In this document: in pieces, positions 23,179 through 35,712 of the stretch
Layout of the letters: each line of letters starts with the position of its first letter
Numbering within the stretch: position 1 is the first letter of the stretch
DNA from: Macrostomum lignano
Lineage: Eukaryota
Assembly: GCA_002269645.1 (NCBI GenBank)
Contig: NIVC01004080.1
Location: 1 to 61,530 of the forward strand
Reading direction: 5' to 3'
Length of the DNA: 61,530 bases
Program-made: the position numbers and the translations under genes
Notes under the pieces: generated by a model
Seen by the model: the letters and a program-made list of their open reading frames with translations, nothing else
Told to the model about the DNA's origin: nothing
The model's database searches: none

Positions 23179-25358
23179 ATGACCAGCCAACCGCTGCAGC
23201 TGCCCCTGTCGGATCCTCCGGCACCGGACGCTGATCCGGCCACCGTGGCCACCGCCTTCTCGGCCTCTGAGCAGAAGCTGTCCGAATTCTCAGTTAAACA
23301 GTTTAGCAATTTCCGGCCAGCCCTGGCCGAGCCGGAAGCGGACATTGGCCGGCTGTTGGCCCACCTGAGCCGGCCGGATCTGCCAACCGGCCTGGCCGTC
23401 CTCTGCCTTCGCTGCCTCCGCCTGCTGTGCCGCCACCGGCCCAACCTGGAGGCCTGCGACCCCGCCAGGTTCCTGGAGGCCGGCCTGGCCTGCCTACTTG
23501 ACCGAAGCGGCCTGGCCGACCTGGCCGATGGCGGCAACGCTGAGCCGCAGCAGCGACCTGTCGAGGAGGTGACTGAGAGCCTGATGTGCCTGTGCAACCT
23601 CGGCATCCAGCTGGACGGCCTGGTGCAGCGGCTTGTCGACCTTCGCTGTCCAGCGGCGCTGCTCCGCCGGGCCGCCGGCCTCACCGCCGAGAGCCTCGAG
23701 CTGGACTGGCCGGCCTTCGACCTTCGCCTGCTGTTCCTGCTGGCCGCCAAGTGTCCGGCTGCCCGGCAGGACCTCCGGCTGCATCGCCGAGGCGTCGCTC
23801 AGCTCACCCAGCTGCTGCAGCTGGCCAGCGAGCCTCGGCTGCTCTCCGACAAGAGGTGCGACCTGCTTGGCGACCTGGTCAAAGTTCTCTACACACTGGC
23901 TGCCGGCACTGCGGGGCCCGGCGATAAAGACGATTCTTTGGTGAGCCACTCTTGGAGCTTTGCTCACAGTCTTCGTCTCAGTCCTTGTTCTCAGTCCTTG
24001 TTCTTCGTATTTGTTCATAATGCTTGTTATTAGTCCTTTTTCTTAGTCTTTGTTCTTAGTCTTTATTCTTAGTCTTTGTTCTTAGTCCTTGTTCTTAGTC
24101 TTTGTCTTAATCTTTATCTTAGTCCTTGTTGTTAGTCCTTGTTGTTAATCTTTGTTGTTAATCTTTGTTGTTAGTATTTGTTCTTAGTCCTTGTTCTTAG
24201 TCCTTGTTCTTAGTCCTTGTTCTTAGTCCTTGTTCTTAGTCCTTGTTCTTAGTCCTTGTTCTTAGTCTTGCCCCTCCTTGCAATCGCTGCCAGGCCGAGG
24301 GCGAGGAGACCGTCTTCCATCAGCTGGCGGGACTGCTGCGCCGCCTCCTGCTGGCTGACTGCACCAGCCCAGACAGACGGGACCGCCTCACCCAGCACTG
24401 CGTCAGCCTGCTGCTCTGCCTGCCGCAGGACAGCTTCGACCGCCTGCTTAGCGAGGACGTCCCAGCCGCCGCTTCTTCAGCAGCGTCGACAGCGTCCAAC
24501 TTTGAAGGCAAAGGCGTTGAAGCCATCGACGTTGTGCTGAACCTGCTGGACACTCGGCTGGCTCTGTTCTCGGCCTCGTGCACCGCCGACCCGGCCGCCG
24601 TCGCTGCCGTCCTGCCGGCGGGGGTCAGCCTGACTGGCGGCGCCTTGGAGAACCTGGTGCCGGTGCTGTCCGCCCTGTTCGAGGCCTGCCGGTCTTCGCG
24701 GACCATTCGGCGATACTGCAAGCACCGGCTGCTGCCCAGGCGGAGCTCCGATCAGATGGCCCAGCTGCCCGAGGAAGGTCAGCATGTCTCCTGATTGCTG
24801 ACCCACCTGTGTGATTTCTGACCCATCTGTGTGATTGCTGACCCACCTGTGTGATTGCTGACCCACCTGTGTGATTGCTGATACATATCAGATTCTTGGC
24901 CTACCAGTGCAGTCTATGATCCAGTTTTCCCATCGCTAACCAAGTTCACCTTGCTAACCAATTTGCCTGGTTTATCTCTGCTCAAAATTTGCAATAGTGA
25001 GTACTGTAGCTTCCACCATTCCCGCGCAGGCGCCTCCATGCGCAGCCGCCTGTGCCGCACGCTGACGCACCCGTGCACCCAGGCTGCCGACATGGCCGCC
25101 TCGCTGGTGCACGCGCTGTGCAAGGCCAGCATCGCCAGGGCTGTCCGCCACACCGGCTACGGCAACTTCGCCGGCTTCCTGGCCCGCCGCGGCCTTCTGG
25201 CTGCCGGTCCGTCGGCTGGGGACTCAACGGTGTACAGCTCCGACTCCTCCGGAGACGGCGAGGACGAGGACGAGGATGATGGAGCGGGGGCTGCCGATCA
25301 ACAGGGCGGCGCGGCGGACGGAGGCAGGGCGAACGGAGGTAGGCAGACATGACATAGG

Positions 25359-25420
<62 letters not shown>

Positions 25421-25797
25421 GCCAGGCAGCCAGGCAGACAGGCAGACTGACATACAGACAGACATCACGAAGACAGTAAGACACTAAAATGCTCCCCCCG
25501 CTTACCACAGCGGCCAGCTGGTCCTACAACCCCGTCACGGGCCGCCGCGAGCCGCCCCGGCCAGATCCCACGGCCGGCATGACCGAGGAGCAGAAAGAGT
25601 TCGAGGTGCACCGGATCATGCAAGCGATCGACCGGCTGCAGGCCACCGGCGTCATCAGCCCGGCTGTTATCGGCGAGGACGGCCGACCCTGCCCGGTGAG
25701 CCACCCGCTGGAGCTGATGGACCGCCTGGCCGAGCAGTCGGGCGGCAAGCGACGCGAGGGTGGCGGCGGGGAGGAGAGCAGCGACAGCGATGGGTAG
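23179..25797 (+). CDS. RIC8: RIC8/synembryn G-alpha GEF and chaperone, about 613 aa, 4 exons
   Basis: Exons 23179..23940, 24294..24777, 25030..25338 and 25511..25797 (phases 0, 1, 1; 1842 nt). Motifs ESLMCLCN, FDLRLLFLLAA, KVLYTL, RYCKHRLLP, HTGYGNFAGFLARRGLL, YSSDS, YNPVTGR and GMTEEQKEFEV are characteristic of Ric-8. Confidence 0.95.
24030..24270. repeat. ~13-bp minisatellite in RIC8 intron 1
   Basis: Unit cttagtccttgtt. Confidence 0.92.
24794..24882. repeat. 20-bp tandem repeat in RIC8 intron 2
   Basis: Unit gattgctgacccacctgtgt, about 4 copies. Confidence 0.9.
25358..25460. repeat. (CAGA)n microsatellite in RIC8 intron 3
   Basis: Direct reading. Confidence 0.95.
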
Positions 25798-26487
25798 CCT
25801 TGAACTACTTGCAGTAGTTTGTTAGCGCATGCCCTGTGCATCGAAGCAATTACCATTGGATCAGAACCTTTGACAGCCACCATGGGGCAGAGAACCCTTA
25901 AGCAGAACATTTGATATGCTTATATATTAGTTCAAATCTTGACTCGTTAGTTACCATTTGTTATCATGTCTGTTGTCAGTCTATTACTGATTGATCGACA
26001 TCTTGCTATCAACACAGCTTTCTCTCGTATCTCTCTGCTTCATCGGTTCCAAACGCAATTTTGCACTGTAAAGAGAAAGTTTTGAGTCATTTGTGAAAAT
26101 TGCAAAAGCAGTTTCGTGTCTTTCTACACTTCAGTCTGTTCTGATTACTATTATTATCTTGGAATGCTTGTATCAAAAATTTTTATCTTTTTTCATGAAG
26201 TTTTTTGTCCTTTTTAATGCTTCTTAGTTGTGGTATTGTTATTAAAAATATATATTAATCACTTGTTTGTCCTTGCGTTACGAGTATATGACAATAAGTT
26301 ATGAATTTTTTTACAGCTCGAATATGATTATATTTATTTATATAAATTTGTACCTCTAAAATGCTTGCATGCACTTACGCCGGATTTAAATACAAAACGA
26401 TACCCCATTGTTAGCCACACTTGATATTTGTGTCGTTTCTATGATGTGAGCTACAGTTCTTTAATTCATTTCAATAAGTTTAACATA

Positions 26488-26650
26488 TTGTGTATGTGGA
26501 CTAGCCATTGACCCCCCACTGGGGAACTTAACTTATTGTGTATATGGACTAGCCATTGACCCCCCACTGGGGAACTTACCTTTTGTGTATATGGACTAGC
26601 CATTGACCCCCACTGGGGAGCTTAACTTATTGTGTATATAAAATAGCCAT
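26488..26650. repeat. ~48-bp tandem repeat, about 3 copies
   Basis: Unit ttgtgtatatggactagccattgaccccccactggggaacttaactta. Confidence 0.9.
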
Positions 26651-26897
26651 TAAACTAGCTTATTTACTCGTATTAGGGCCCTATGTGATCTAAAAGCGAC
26701 ATAGTTATTTTGTTAACTTCGGAAAAATTTACATTATATTCAAACATTTATCAATGACCTATTCACTACATAATTAATGCTTTGACCCTATGAGCACAGA
26801 CTCAGATGTTTTTTATTAGGTCCCTATGACCTACTCTCTACATATAATTATGACTGACTTTATGACCAATTCGCTGACCATGATCCTCCTTTAACTC

Positions 26898-27212
26898 ATG
26901 CCGTGTTTCGGCATGGAGGCGGCGTCACAGAGAGCGGGGGCGGGAGACGGTGGCCGCGGCAACGGCGGTCCTTGGCGCGGATTCTCCGGCGTCTTTGCCG
27001 GGTTTGCCGTTGCCGATTCGGTCGCCGGAGCCGGTTGGTCCGAAGGCGGCCTGTTGCACCGCCTGCTGGGGACTCGGTGGGCGACCACCGCGGCGGCATC
27101 GAAGGCGGCGGCCGCGGCCTACGGAGGTCCGGGCGGAAACCCGGGGGGCCGCAACCGGAAGTGCTCGGCCGTCTATCGCGACCTCAACGCTGTGGCGCCT
27201 TCGGGTTTCTGA
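26898..27212 (+). CDS. Uncharacterised Gly/Ala-rich 104-aa ORF in an isolated GC-rich island
   Basis: ATG..TGA ORF coincides with a sharply bounded GC-rich island in AT-rich DNA, and its codons are rich in G/C at third positions like the verified exons. No recognisable domain. Confidence 0.3.
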   Translation: MPCFGMEAASQRAGAGDGGRGNGGPWRGFSGVFAGFAVADSVAGAGWSEGGLLHRLLGTRWATTAAASKAAAAAYGGPGGNPGGRNRKCSAVYRDLNAVAPSGF

Positions 27213-27841
27213 TGATTGGGGTTTTGGGCTGTCATTTCGAACTGCGAACGGGCCTTTGTCGGTTTAGGAATCGCCCTGAGCATCCACTCCTGAATCACAC
27301 TAAAGTATCACCCTGATTAATCACCCCTGAAGAATCACCCCTTCGAATCGCCCCTGAAGACTCACCCCTGAAAAATCGCCCTTGAATTGCCCCTGCAAGA
27401 ATTGCCCTGACGAAAATTGCCCATAAGAATCGCCCTGATTTCGTCTCTGTACTAGCGAGTTGCTTGCATCTCCAGCAAAGCCTGACTACTCCGAAGTTCG
27501 GGAATCGTAGCTCATGATTTACCTTTTTATGAATTGCGTGTAACTGTACGAGTATATGCTGTTAATTAAGCCAGTTGTGTTCTTAGCGTAAAAATCTACC
27601 TTTCGATACATATCGGCCGTTTGGACTTTTAAAATCTCTTTAATTGTAGCATTAAATAAATAATATTGTTCCGCGGTTTCTTTCGCATAATCTCCTACAA
27701 AAATTTATTGACGGTTACGTATGACGAGAGGTGACTCGTATAACTAATCTAAGCGTTTGGTAATAAAATACAATGCACTGCTTTTTACAGCAGAATCTAA
27801 TTACTTCCTCGTTTTCAGCTCAACTTCTTGGGTTAAGTTAA

Positions 27842-28818
27842 ACTGACACCAACCAGAATCCCAGCTGACACCAACCAGAATCCCTACTGACACCAACCAT
27901 AATCCCCACTGACACCAACCATAATCCCTACTGACACCAACCATAATCCCTACTGACACCAACCATAATCCCTACTGACACCAACCATAATCCCTACTGA
28001 CACCAACCAGAATCCCAACTGACACAAACGGGAATCCCTACTGACACCAACCAGAATCCCTACTGACACCAAACAGAATCCCTACTGACACCAACCATAA
28101 TCCCTACTGACACCAACCAGAATCCCAACTGACACAAACCATAATCCCTACTGACACCAACCATAATCCCTACTGACACCAACCATAATCCCTACTGACA
28201 CCAACCATAACCATAATCCCTACTGACACCAACCATAATCCCTACTGACACCAACCATAATCCCTACTGACACCAACCATAATCCCTACTGACACCAACC
28301 ATAATCCCTACTGACACCAACCATAATCCCTACTGACACCAACCATAATCCCTACTGACACCAACCCGAATCCCTACTGACACCAACCATAATCCCTACT
28401 GACACCAACCATAATCCCTACTGACACCAACCATAATCCCTACTGACACCAACCAGAATCCCAACTGACACAAACGGGAATCCCAACTGACACAAACGGG
28501 AATTCCAACTGACACAAACGGGAAGCCCAACTGACACAAACGGGAATCCCTACTGACACAAACGGGAATCCCAACTGACAAAAAACGGAATCCCAACTGA
28601 GACAAACGGGAATCCCAACTGACACAAACGGGAAGCCCAACTGACACAAACGGGAATCCCTACTGACACAAACGGGAATCCCAACTGACAAAAAACGGAA
28701 TCCCAACTGAGACAAACGGGAATCCCAACTGACACAAACGGGAATCCCAACTGACACAAACGGGAATCCCAACTGACACAAACGGGAATCCCAACTGACT
28801 CAAACGGGAATCCCGCTG
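27842..28818. repeat. 22-bp minisatellite with two variant zones
   Basis: actgacaccaaccataatccct dominates to ~28450, then actgacacaaacgggaatccca. Confidence 0.96.
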
Positions 28819-28920
28819 ACTCTACTATCTACAACTGCTTGTACTTCATTCACTTTGCTTACTGCTGTCAATATCTTACTAGCCTACTACAAATATTGCG
28901 CTTGATCTTTTTGTTGCCAG

Positions 28921-30065
28921 CCGCGACTCGCCGCCCTGGAGCTGGTCGCTTCGGTCGCCATGGCAGCGGCCTGTTTGTCTGCGCCGGCGGCCGCCTCGGA
29001 GCCGGAGGAGGCCACGGCCAGCGCGAAGCTCCGCCTGCTGTCGCTGCCGCCCGACGATCGGACAGCGGCCGCCGGCCTTGACGCCTGCCTTCGGGCCGAG
29101 CCGCGGCTGAGCTGCGTCTGGACTCTGATGCTGGCCGGCGGAGGCGGGTTGCGCTCCCTCAGGTGCCACAACGACGGGGCGCTGAGTTGCCGGTCCGATG
29201 CAGCGCACTCGGAGCCGACTGGGTGAGTCTTACGGGCTCTACTACAGAATCTGACAGGCTCTACTACAGAATCTGACAGTTTCTACTACAGAATCTGACA
29301 GTTTCTACTACAGAATCTGACAGGCTCTACTACAGAATCTGACAGTTTCTACTACAGAATCTGACAGTTTCTACTACAGAATCTGACAGGCTCTACTACA
29401 GAATCTGACAGTTTCTACTACAGATTCTGACAGGCTCTACTACAGAATTTGACAGGCTCTACTACAGAATCTGACAGGCTCTACTACAGAATCACAGCAC
29501 CATCGCCCACTGAATTACCCGCAGCTCCTCAGCCTCCTGCGGCGGCTGTCCCGACTGCCTGAAACTATTCAGAGACATCAGCGGCGACAGCGGCGACAGC
29601 GGCGCCGACCTGAAAGTCGGCTGTCTGTGCTCCTGCGCCCCGGCCGGAGCCGGTGACCCCCCGGCCAACCGGACCTACCCGTGCGGCACCGACCCGGCTG
29701 GCGCCTGCGACTCCGGACAGCAGCTGTCTGAGGAGGAGGCGCCAGCGCAGAGCAGCTACCTGCTTGTGGGCCCCCTGGCCGGCCTGGCCGTCATGGCCGC
29801 CATCGGCTTCCTGGTGCTGCGCCGAAACCACATCTGCCGGAGCACAGACCCGCCCCGCATCACCGGCCAGATTGAGTTCGCCTTTTCCGCTGAGCAACAG
29901 CAGCCTCGCCAGTCTGTGGGCTCCGATCGGAGCGGCGGCGGCGGCGGCGGGCGGAGGGAGAGCTGCACCAGGTGCGGCGCAGTGCGAGTTGAGGTCACCG
30001 GCCCGGACTCCGCTGCCGAGGAAGCGGCGCAGGAGCTGATGGAGCCGGCTGAGAAGCTGGGATGA
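28921..30065 (+). CDS. Orphan single-pass (type I) membrane protein with Cys-rich ectodomain, 2 exons
   Basis: Exon 28921..29222 (CAG acceptor at 28920, first in-frame ATG at 28960) ends at GG|GTGAGT, phase 2. Exon 29525..30065 follows a CAG acceptor in the matching phase. Twelve Cys precede a TM segment (YLLVGPLAGLAVMAAIGFLVL-RR) and a cytoplasmic tail. Confidence 0.72.
29237..29493. repeat. 22-bp intronic minisatellite
   Basis: Unit ctctactacagaatctgacagg. Confidence 0.95.
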
Positions 30066-30092
30066 ATATTTCCAAGTGTTTGCTTATTATAT

Positions 30093-30241
30093 TACTGGAG
30101 TGCCAGCCTCTGTTCTGCATCACTCCTTCACTAGGGAACACTGGAGTGCCAGCCTCTGTTCTGCATCACTCCTTCACTAGGGAACACTGGAGTGCCAGCC
30201 TCTGTTTTGCATCACTCCTTCACTAGGGAACACTGGAGTGC
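30093..30241. repeat. 46-bp tandem repeat, about 3 copies, just after the membrane-protein stop
   Basis: Unit actggagtgccagcctctgttctgcatcactccttcactagggaac. Confidence 0.92.
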
Positions 30242-31054
30242 CGTAGCCCAAGGTCAAGCGCGGCGCTCTGATGTGCCAGCGGCCCAGGCTCGATTCCAAG
30301 TGCAGTGACATTAATTTGGGGTCAAAATTGGAATCTCGGCTTGGCTCTGCTCGTGCAATTAACACCCTTGAAGGCCAACCCCCAAGGCACAGTGAAGTGT
30401 ACATGCCTAACGATAAATAAAGTAGGGCCGCTGTACACTGTATCCTTGCGCTTGCTCAGTGGGGGGGGGGCAGTAATGCCTCTCGCCGGTTGTGTGACAA
30501 TGTCGGTTAGAGTGCGCCAGGGCGCATCCAGTGTCCCCGCATTTCTCCTCAGTAGTGAGTAGCGCATGCTTTATGCCAGCTGTTGTTCTTGACAGTAAGC
30601 CGAGTCCGTATTATCGCAGCTATATTTATTATTAATAGATGGATAAATTCGATATGCATTTTGCTTGTAATTGATGCCACAGAACTTTAATAATATAAAA
30701 TGTTTATTCAAATCATTCTTAATGAATTTTTATTACCGCTGCTATCATATTAATGTACATACAGAACTCACTGTGCTCACCTCAGCGCGGGCTCTAGTCA
30801 TACCCGGACCTTTTTGTCACCGTTTTATCAATCTGTCCGTTGTACCGCTTCTGTCTTATTTTATCAATTTGTGATTTTTGTTTTTACTCCCGCGATTCCT
30901 GCGCATGCGAGTCCCGTTTTAATCGAAAATTTATAAAATATATACAAGCAGCGCACACAATAGCAACCATTGCTTCACACAGACAGCTCTTCTCCCCGCA
31001 TTGGCGGGCTGCAACCATTCCTATTGTCTCCGCTTACGCATTCATGGGGATTTT

Positions 31055-33668
31055 GATTTATGAGAATTCTTGTGAGATTTAAGAATTCTTTTGAGATTTA
31101 TGAGAACTATTGTGAGATTTATGAGAATTCTTGTGAGATTTATGAGAATTCTTGTGAGATTTATGAGATGCTTGTGAGATTTAAGAATTCTTTTGAGATT
31201 TATGAGATGCTTGGGAGATTTATGAGAGTTCTTGTGAGATTTATGAGAATTCTTGTGAGATTTATGAGAATTCTTGTGAGATTTATGAGAATTCTTGTGA
31301 GAATTAGAAGAAATCTTGTGTGATTTATGAGAATCCCTGTGAGATTTATGAGAGTTCTTGTGAGATTTATGAGAATTCTTGTGAGATTTATGGGAATTCT
31401 TGTGTGATTTATGAGAATTCTTGTGTGATTTATGAGAATTCTTGTGAGATTTATGAGAATTCTTGTGAGATTTATGAGAATTCTTGTGTGATTTATGAGA
31501 ATTCTTGTGTGATTTATGAGAATTCTTGTGAGATTTATGAGAATTATTGTGTTATTTATGAGAATTCTTGTGTGATTTATGAGAATCCCTGTGAGATTTA
31601 TGAGAATTCTTGTGAGATTTATGAGAATTCTTGTGAGATTTATGGGAATTCTTGTGTGATTTATGAGAATTCTTGTGTGATTTATGAGAATTCTTGTGAG
31701 ATTTATGAGAATTCTTGTGAGATTTATGAGAATTCTTGTGTGATTTATGAGAATTCTTGTGTGATTTATGAGAATTCTTGTGAGATTTATGAGAATTATT
31801 GTGTTATTTATGAGAATTCTTGTGTGATTTATGAGAATCCCTGTGAGATTTATGAGAATTCTTGTGAGATTTAGAAGAATTCTTGTGATTTATGAGAATC
31901 CCTGTGAGATTTATGAGAATTCTTGTGACATTTATGAGAATTCTTGTGAGATTTATGAGAATTCTTGTGAGATTTATGAGATTCTTGTGAGATTTATAAG
32001 AATTCTTGTGAGATTTATGAGAATTGTTGTGTGATTTATGAGAATTCTTGTGTGATTTATGAGAATCCCTGTGAGATTTATGAGAATTCTTGTGAGATTT
32101 ATGAGAATTCTTGGTTGATTAATGAGAATTCTTGTGAGATTTATGAGAATTATTGTGAGATTTATGAGAATTCTTGTGCGATTTACATGTATGAGAATTC
32201 TTTGTTTATTTATGAGAATTCTGGTAGATTTATGAGAATTCTTGTGTGATTTATGAGAATTCTTGTGAGATTTATGAGAAGTCTTGTGAGATTTGAGAAT
32301 TCTTTTGAGATTTATGAGAATCCTTGTGTGATTTATGAGAATTCTTGTGAGATTTATGAGAATTCTTGTGCGATTTACATGTATGAGAATTATTTGTTTA
32401 TTTATGAGAATTCTGGGAGATTTATGAGAATTCTTGTGTGATTTATGAGAATTCTTGTGTGATTTATGGGAATTCTTGTGAGATTTATGAGAATTGTTGT
32501 GTGATTTATGAGAATTCTTGTGTGATTTATGAGAATCCCTGTGAGATTTATGAGAGTTCTTGTGAGATTTATGAGAGTTCTTGTGAGATTTATGAGAATT
32601 CTTGTGAGATTTATGAGAATTCTTGGTTGATTTATGAGAATTCTTGTGAGATTTATGAGATTCTTGTGAGATTTATAAGAATTCTTGTGAGATTTATGAG
32701 AATTGTTGTGTGATTTATGAGAATTCTTGTGTGATTTATGAGAATCCCTGTGAGATTTATGAGAATTCTTGTGAGATTTATGAGAATTCTTGTGAGATTT
32801 ATGAGAATTCTTGGTTGATTAATGAGAATTCTTGTGAGATTTATGAGAATTCTTGTGAGATTTATGAGAATTCTTGGTTGATTTATGAGAATTCTTGTGA
32901 GATTTATGAGAATTCTTGTGCGATTTGTGAGATTTATGAGATTCTTGTGAGATTTCTGAGAATACTTGTGTGATTTATGGGAATTCTTGTGAGATTTATG
33001 AGAAGTCTTGTGAGATTTGAGAATTCTTTTGAGATTTATGAGAATCCTTGTGTGATTTATGAGAATTCTTGTGAGATTTATGAGAATTCTTGTTCGATTT
33101 ACATGTATGAGAATTCTTTGTTTATTTATGAGAATTCTGGGAGATTTATGAGAATTCTTGTGTGATTTATGAGAATTCTTGTGTGATTTATGGGAATTCT
33201 TGTGAGATTTTTGAGAATTCTTGTGAGATTTATGAGAATTCTTGTGTGATTTATGAGAATTCTTGTGAGATTTATGAGAATTCCTGGTTGATTTATGAGA
33301 ATTCTTAGGAGATTTATGAGAATTCTTGTGAGATTTAAGAGAATTATTGTGAGATTTATAAGATGCTTGTGAGATTTATGAGATTTCTTTTGAGATTAAT
33401 GAGAATCCTTGTGAGATTTATGAGATGCTTGTGTGATTTATGAGAATTCTTGGGAGATTTATGAGAATTCTTGTGAGATTTATGAGAATTCTTGTGAGAT
33501 TTATGAGAATTATTGTGTGATTTATGAGAATTATTGTGTGATTTATGAGAATTCTAGTGAGATTTATGAGAATTCTTGTGAGATTTATGAGAATTCTTGG
33601 TTGCTTTATGAGAATTATTGTGTGATTTATGAGAATTATTGTGTGATTTATGAGAATTCTTGTGAGAT
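31055..33668. repeat. 21-bp minisatellite of about 2.6 kb upstream of RPA3
   Basis: Unit gagatttatgagaattcttgt. Confidence 0.97.
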
Positions 33669-33752
33669 TCGGAGACAGTCAAGTCTGTGGACGGATTCAC
33701 AGCATACCGCTCCTCAGCAGCCGCCCCACCCTCCAGTTGCAGCCCCCATCAG

Positions 33753-35455
33753 GTCTTGAGCGATGAGCTGTACTTCTATGACAACCGGGCGGACTCTGCG
33801 GTCACCGGCCGTCGCTGCCGCGTCAACGGCCGCCTGCTGACTGCGGGCGCCGGCACTTCCGCGGCCGGAGCTCCGGTCGTCCTCCTGGGCCGGGTGGCCT
33901 CCATCAGCAGCGACTCGCCAACCGGCAGCCGCTGGACGGTGACCGCCTCCGACTCCGTGGAGGTTCGGGTCGCCTTCGCCAGAGGCGCCACGGCGCCTGA
34001 GGTTGCGCCCGGGCAGCTGGTGGAGATCGTGGGGCTGGTGGCGTCCGGCCCGAGTGCCAGGTGCGTTCTGGGGAGTGCGGAGACCACCTTGCCTTGCCGC
34101 CCTCCCAGATCTTCGGTTGCTAGGCTACCGCCACCCTCCAGTTCCCTAGTTGCTGGGCCGCCCTCCCAGATCCTCAGTTGCTGGGCCGCCCTCCCAGATC
34201 CCCAGTTGCTGGGCCGCCCTCCCAGATCCCCAGTTGCTGGGCCAGTCTCCCAGATCCCCAGTTGCTGGGCCGCCCTCCCAGATCCCCAGTTGCTGGGCAA
34301 GCCTCCCAGATCCCCAGTTGCTGGGCCGCCCTCCCAGATCCCCAGTTGCTGGGCAAGCCTCCCAGATCCCCAGTTGCTGGGCAAGCCTCCCAGATCCCCA
34401 GTTGCTGGGCCGCCCTCCCAGATCCCCAGTTGCTGGGCAAGCCTCCCAGATCCCCAGTTGCTGGGCCAGCCTCCCAGATCCCCAGTTGCTGGGCCGCCCT
34501 CCCAGATCCCCAGTTGCTGGGCAAGCCTCCCAGATCCCCAGTTGCTGGGCCAGCCTCCCAGATCCCCAGTTGCTGGGCCGCCCTCCCAGATCCCCAGTTG
34601 CTGGGCAAGCCTCCCAGATCCCCAGTTGCTGGGCCAGCCTCCCAGATCCCCAGTTGCTGGGCCAGCCTCCCAGATCCCCAGTTGCTGGGCCAGCCTCCCA
34701 GATCCTCAGTTGCTGGGCCAGCCTCCCAGATCCCCAGTTGCTGGGCCAGCCTCCCAGATCCCCAGTTTCTGGGCAAGCCTCCCAGATCCCCAGTTGCTGG
34801 GCCAGCCTCCCAGATCCCCAGTTGCTGGGCCAGCCTCCCAGATCCCCAGTTGCTGGGCCAGCCTCCCAGATCCCCAGTTGCTGGGCAAGCCTCCCAGATC
34901 CCCAGTTGCTGGGCCAGCCTCCCAGATCCCCAGTTGCTGGGCCGCCCTCCCAGATCCCCAGTTGCTGGGCCAGCCTCCCAGATCCCCAGTTGCTGGGCCA
35001 GCCTCCCAGATCCCCAGTTGCTGGGCCAGCCTCCCAGATCCCCAGTTGCTGGGCCAGCCTCCCAGATCCCCAGTTGCTGGGCCGCCCTCCCAGATCCCCA
35101 GTTGCTGGGCAAGCCTCCCAGATCCCCAGTTGCTGGGCCAGCCTCCCAGATCCCCAGTTGCTGGGCCGCCCTCCCAGATCCCCAGTTGCTGGGCAAGCCT
35201 CCCAGATCCCCAGTTGCTGGGCCAGCCTCCCAGATCCCCAGTTGCTGGGCAAGCCTCCCAGATCCCATAAGCCCATCTATCCCAGCTTAGCCAGTTCATC
35301 AGCCCCCGCCCGCCTCTGCCCGCAGTCCGGAGATCCGAGTCACAGAGTCGGCCACGGTGTTCTCCGACTCGCAGAGCTCCAGCTTCGACATGGACTTGTA
35401 CAACTCGGCCGTCGAGATCACGGAGAGGCTGCCCCGGTGTTACTATACCCAGTAG
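33753..35455 (+). CDS. RPA3: Replication protein A 14-kDa subunit (RPA3), two exons seen, start codon not in these exons
   Basis: Exon 33753..34060 encodes VLSDELYFY...RVNGRLL...PVVLLGRVASI...GQLVEIVGLV and ends at AG|GTGCGT, phase 2. Exon 35326..35455 encodes PEIRVTES...FDMDLYNSAVEITERLPRCYYTQ*. These match the RPA3 OB-fold motifs RIN..L, V.FVGR, G.VEVVG.V and FDL.LYNEAV. Confidence 0.85.
34097..35265. repeat. 28-bp minisatellite filling the RPA3 intron
   Basis: Unit gcctcccagatccccagttgctgggcca. Confidence 0.97.
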
Positions 35456-35712
35456 ACTTGATGAGATTGCACGTGACTGGCTATCGAAAAGAAACCGAAC
35501 AATCCGTTTACGTCTGTTTTGAAACTAAATACAAGCTAATTGCATTTCTGTAAATGCTGTCTTCTTATTTTAAACTTTTCAGATCGAATACTTGTTGTTA
35601 AGCGAAGTTCCAGATAACTGCAAAATATAGCCGAGTTTTTGAGCCCAGTTTGAATGAATGACCTAAATTGTCACTGCTTTTGTGAGTTGTTCTCTAAGAT
35701 TCTTATTGAAAC

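Noticed and set aside
31060-33759. Cys-rich YENSCEI-repeat ORFs
   Set aside because: Translation of the 21-bp satellite, with frequent stops and frameshifts.
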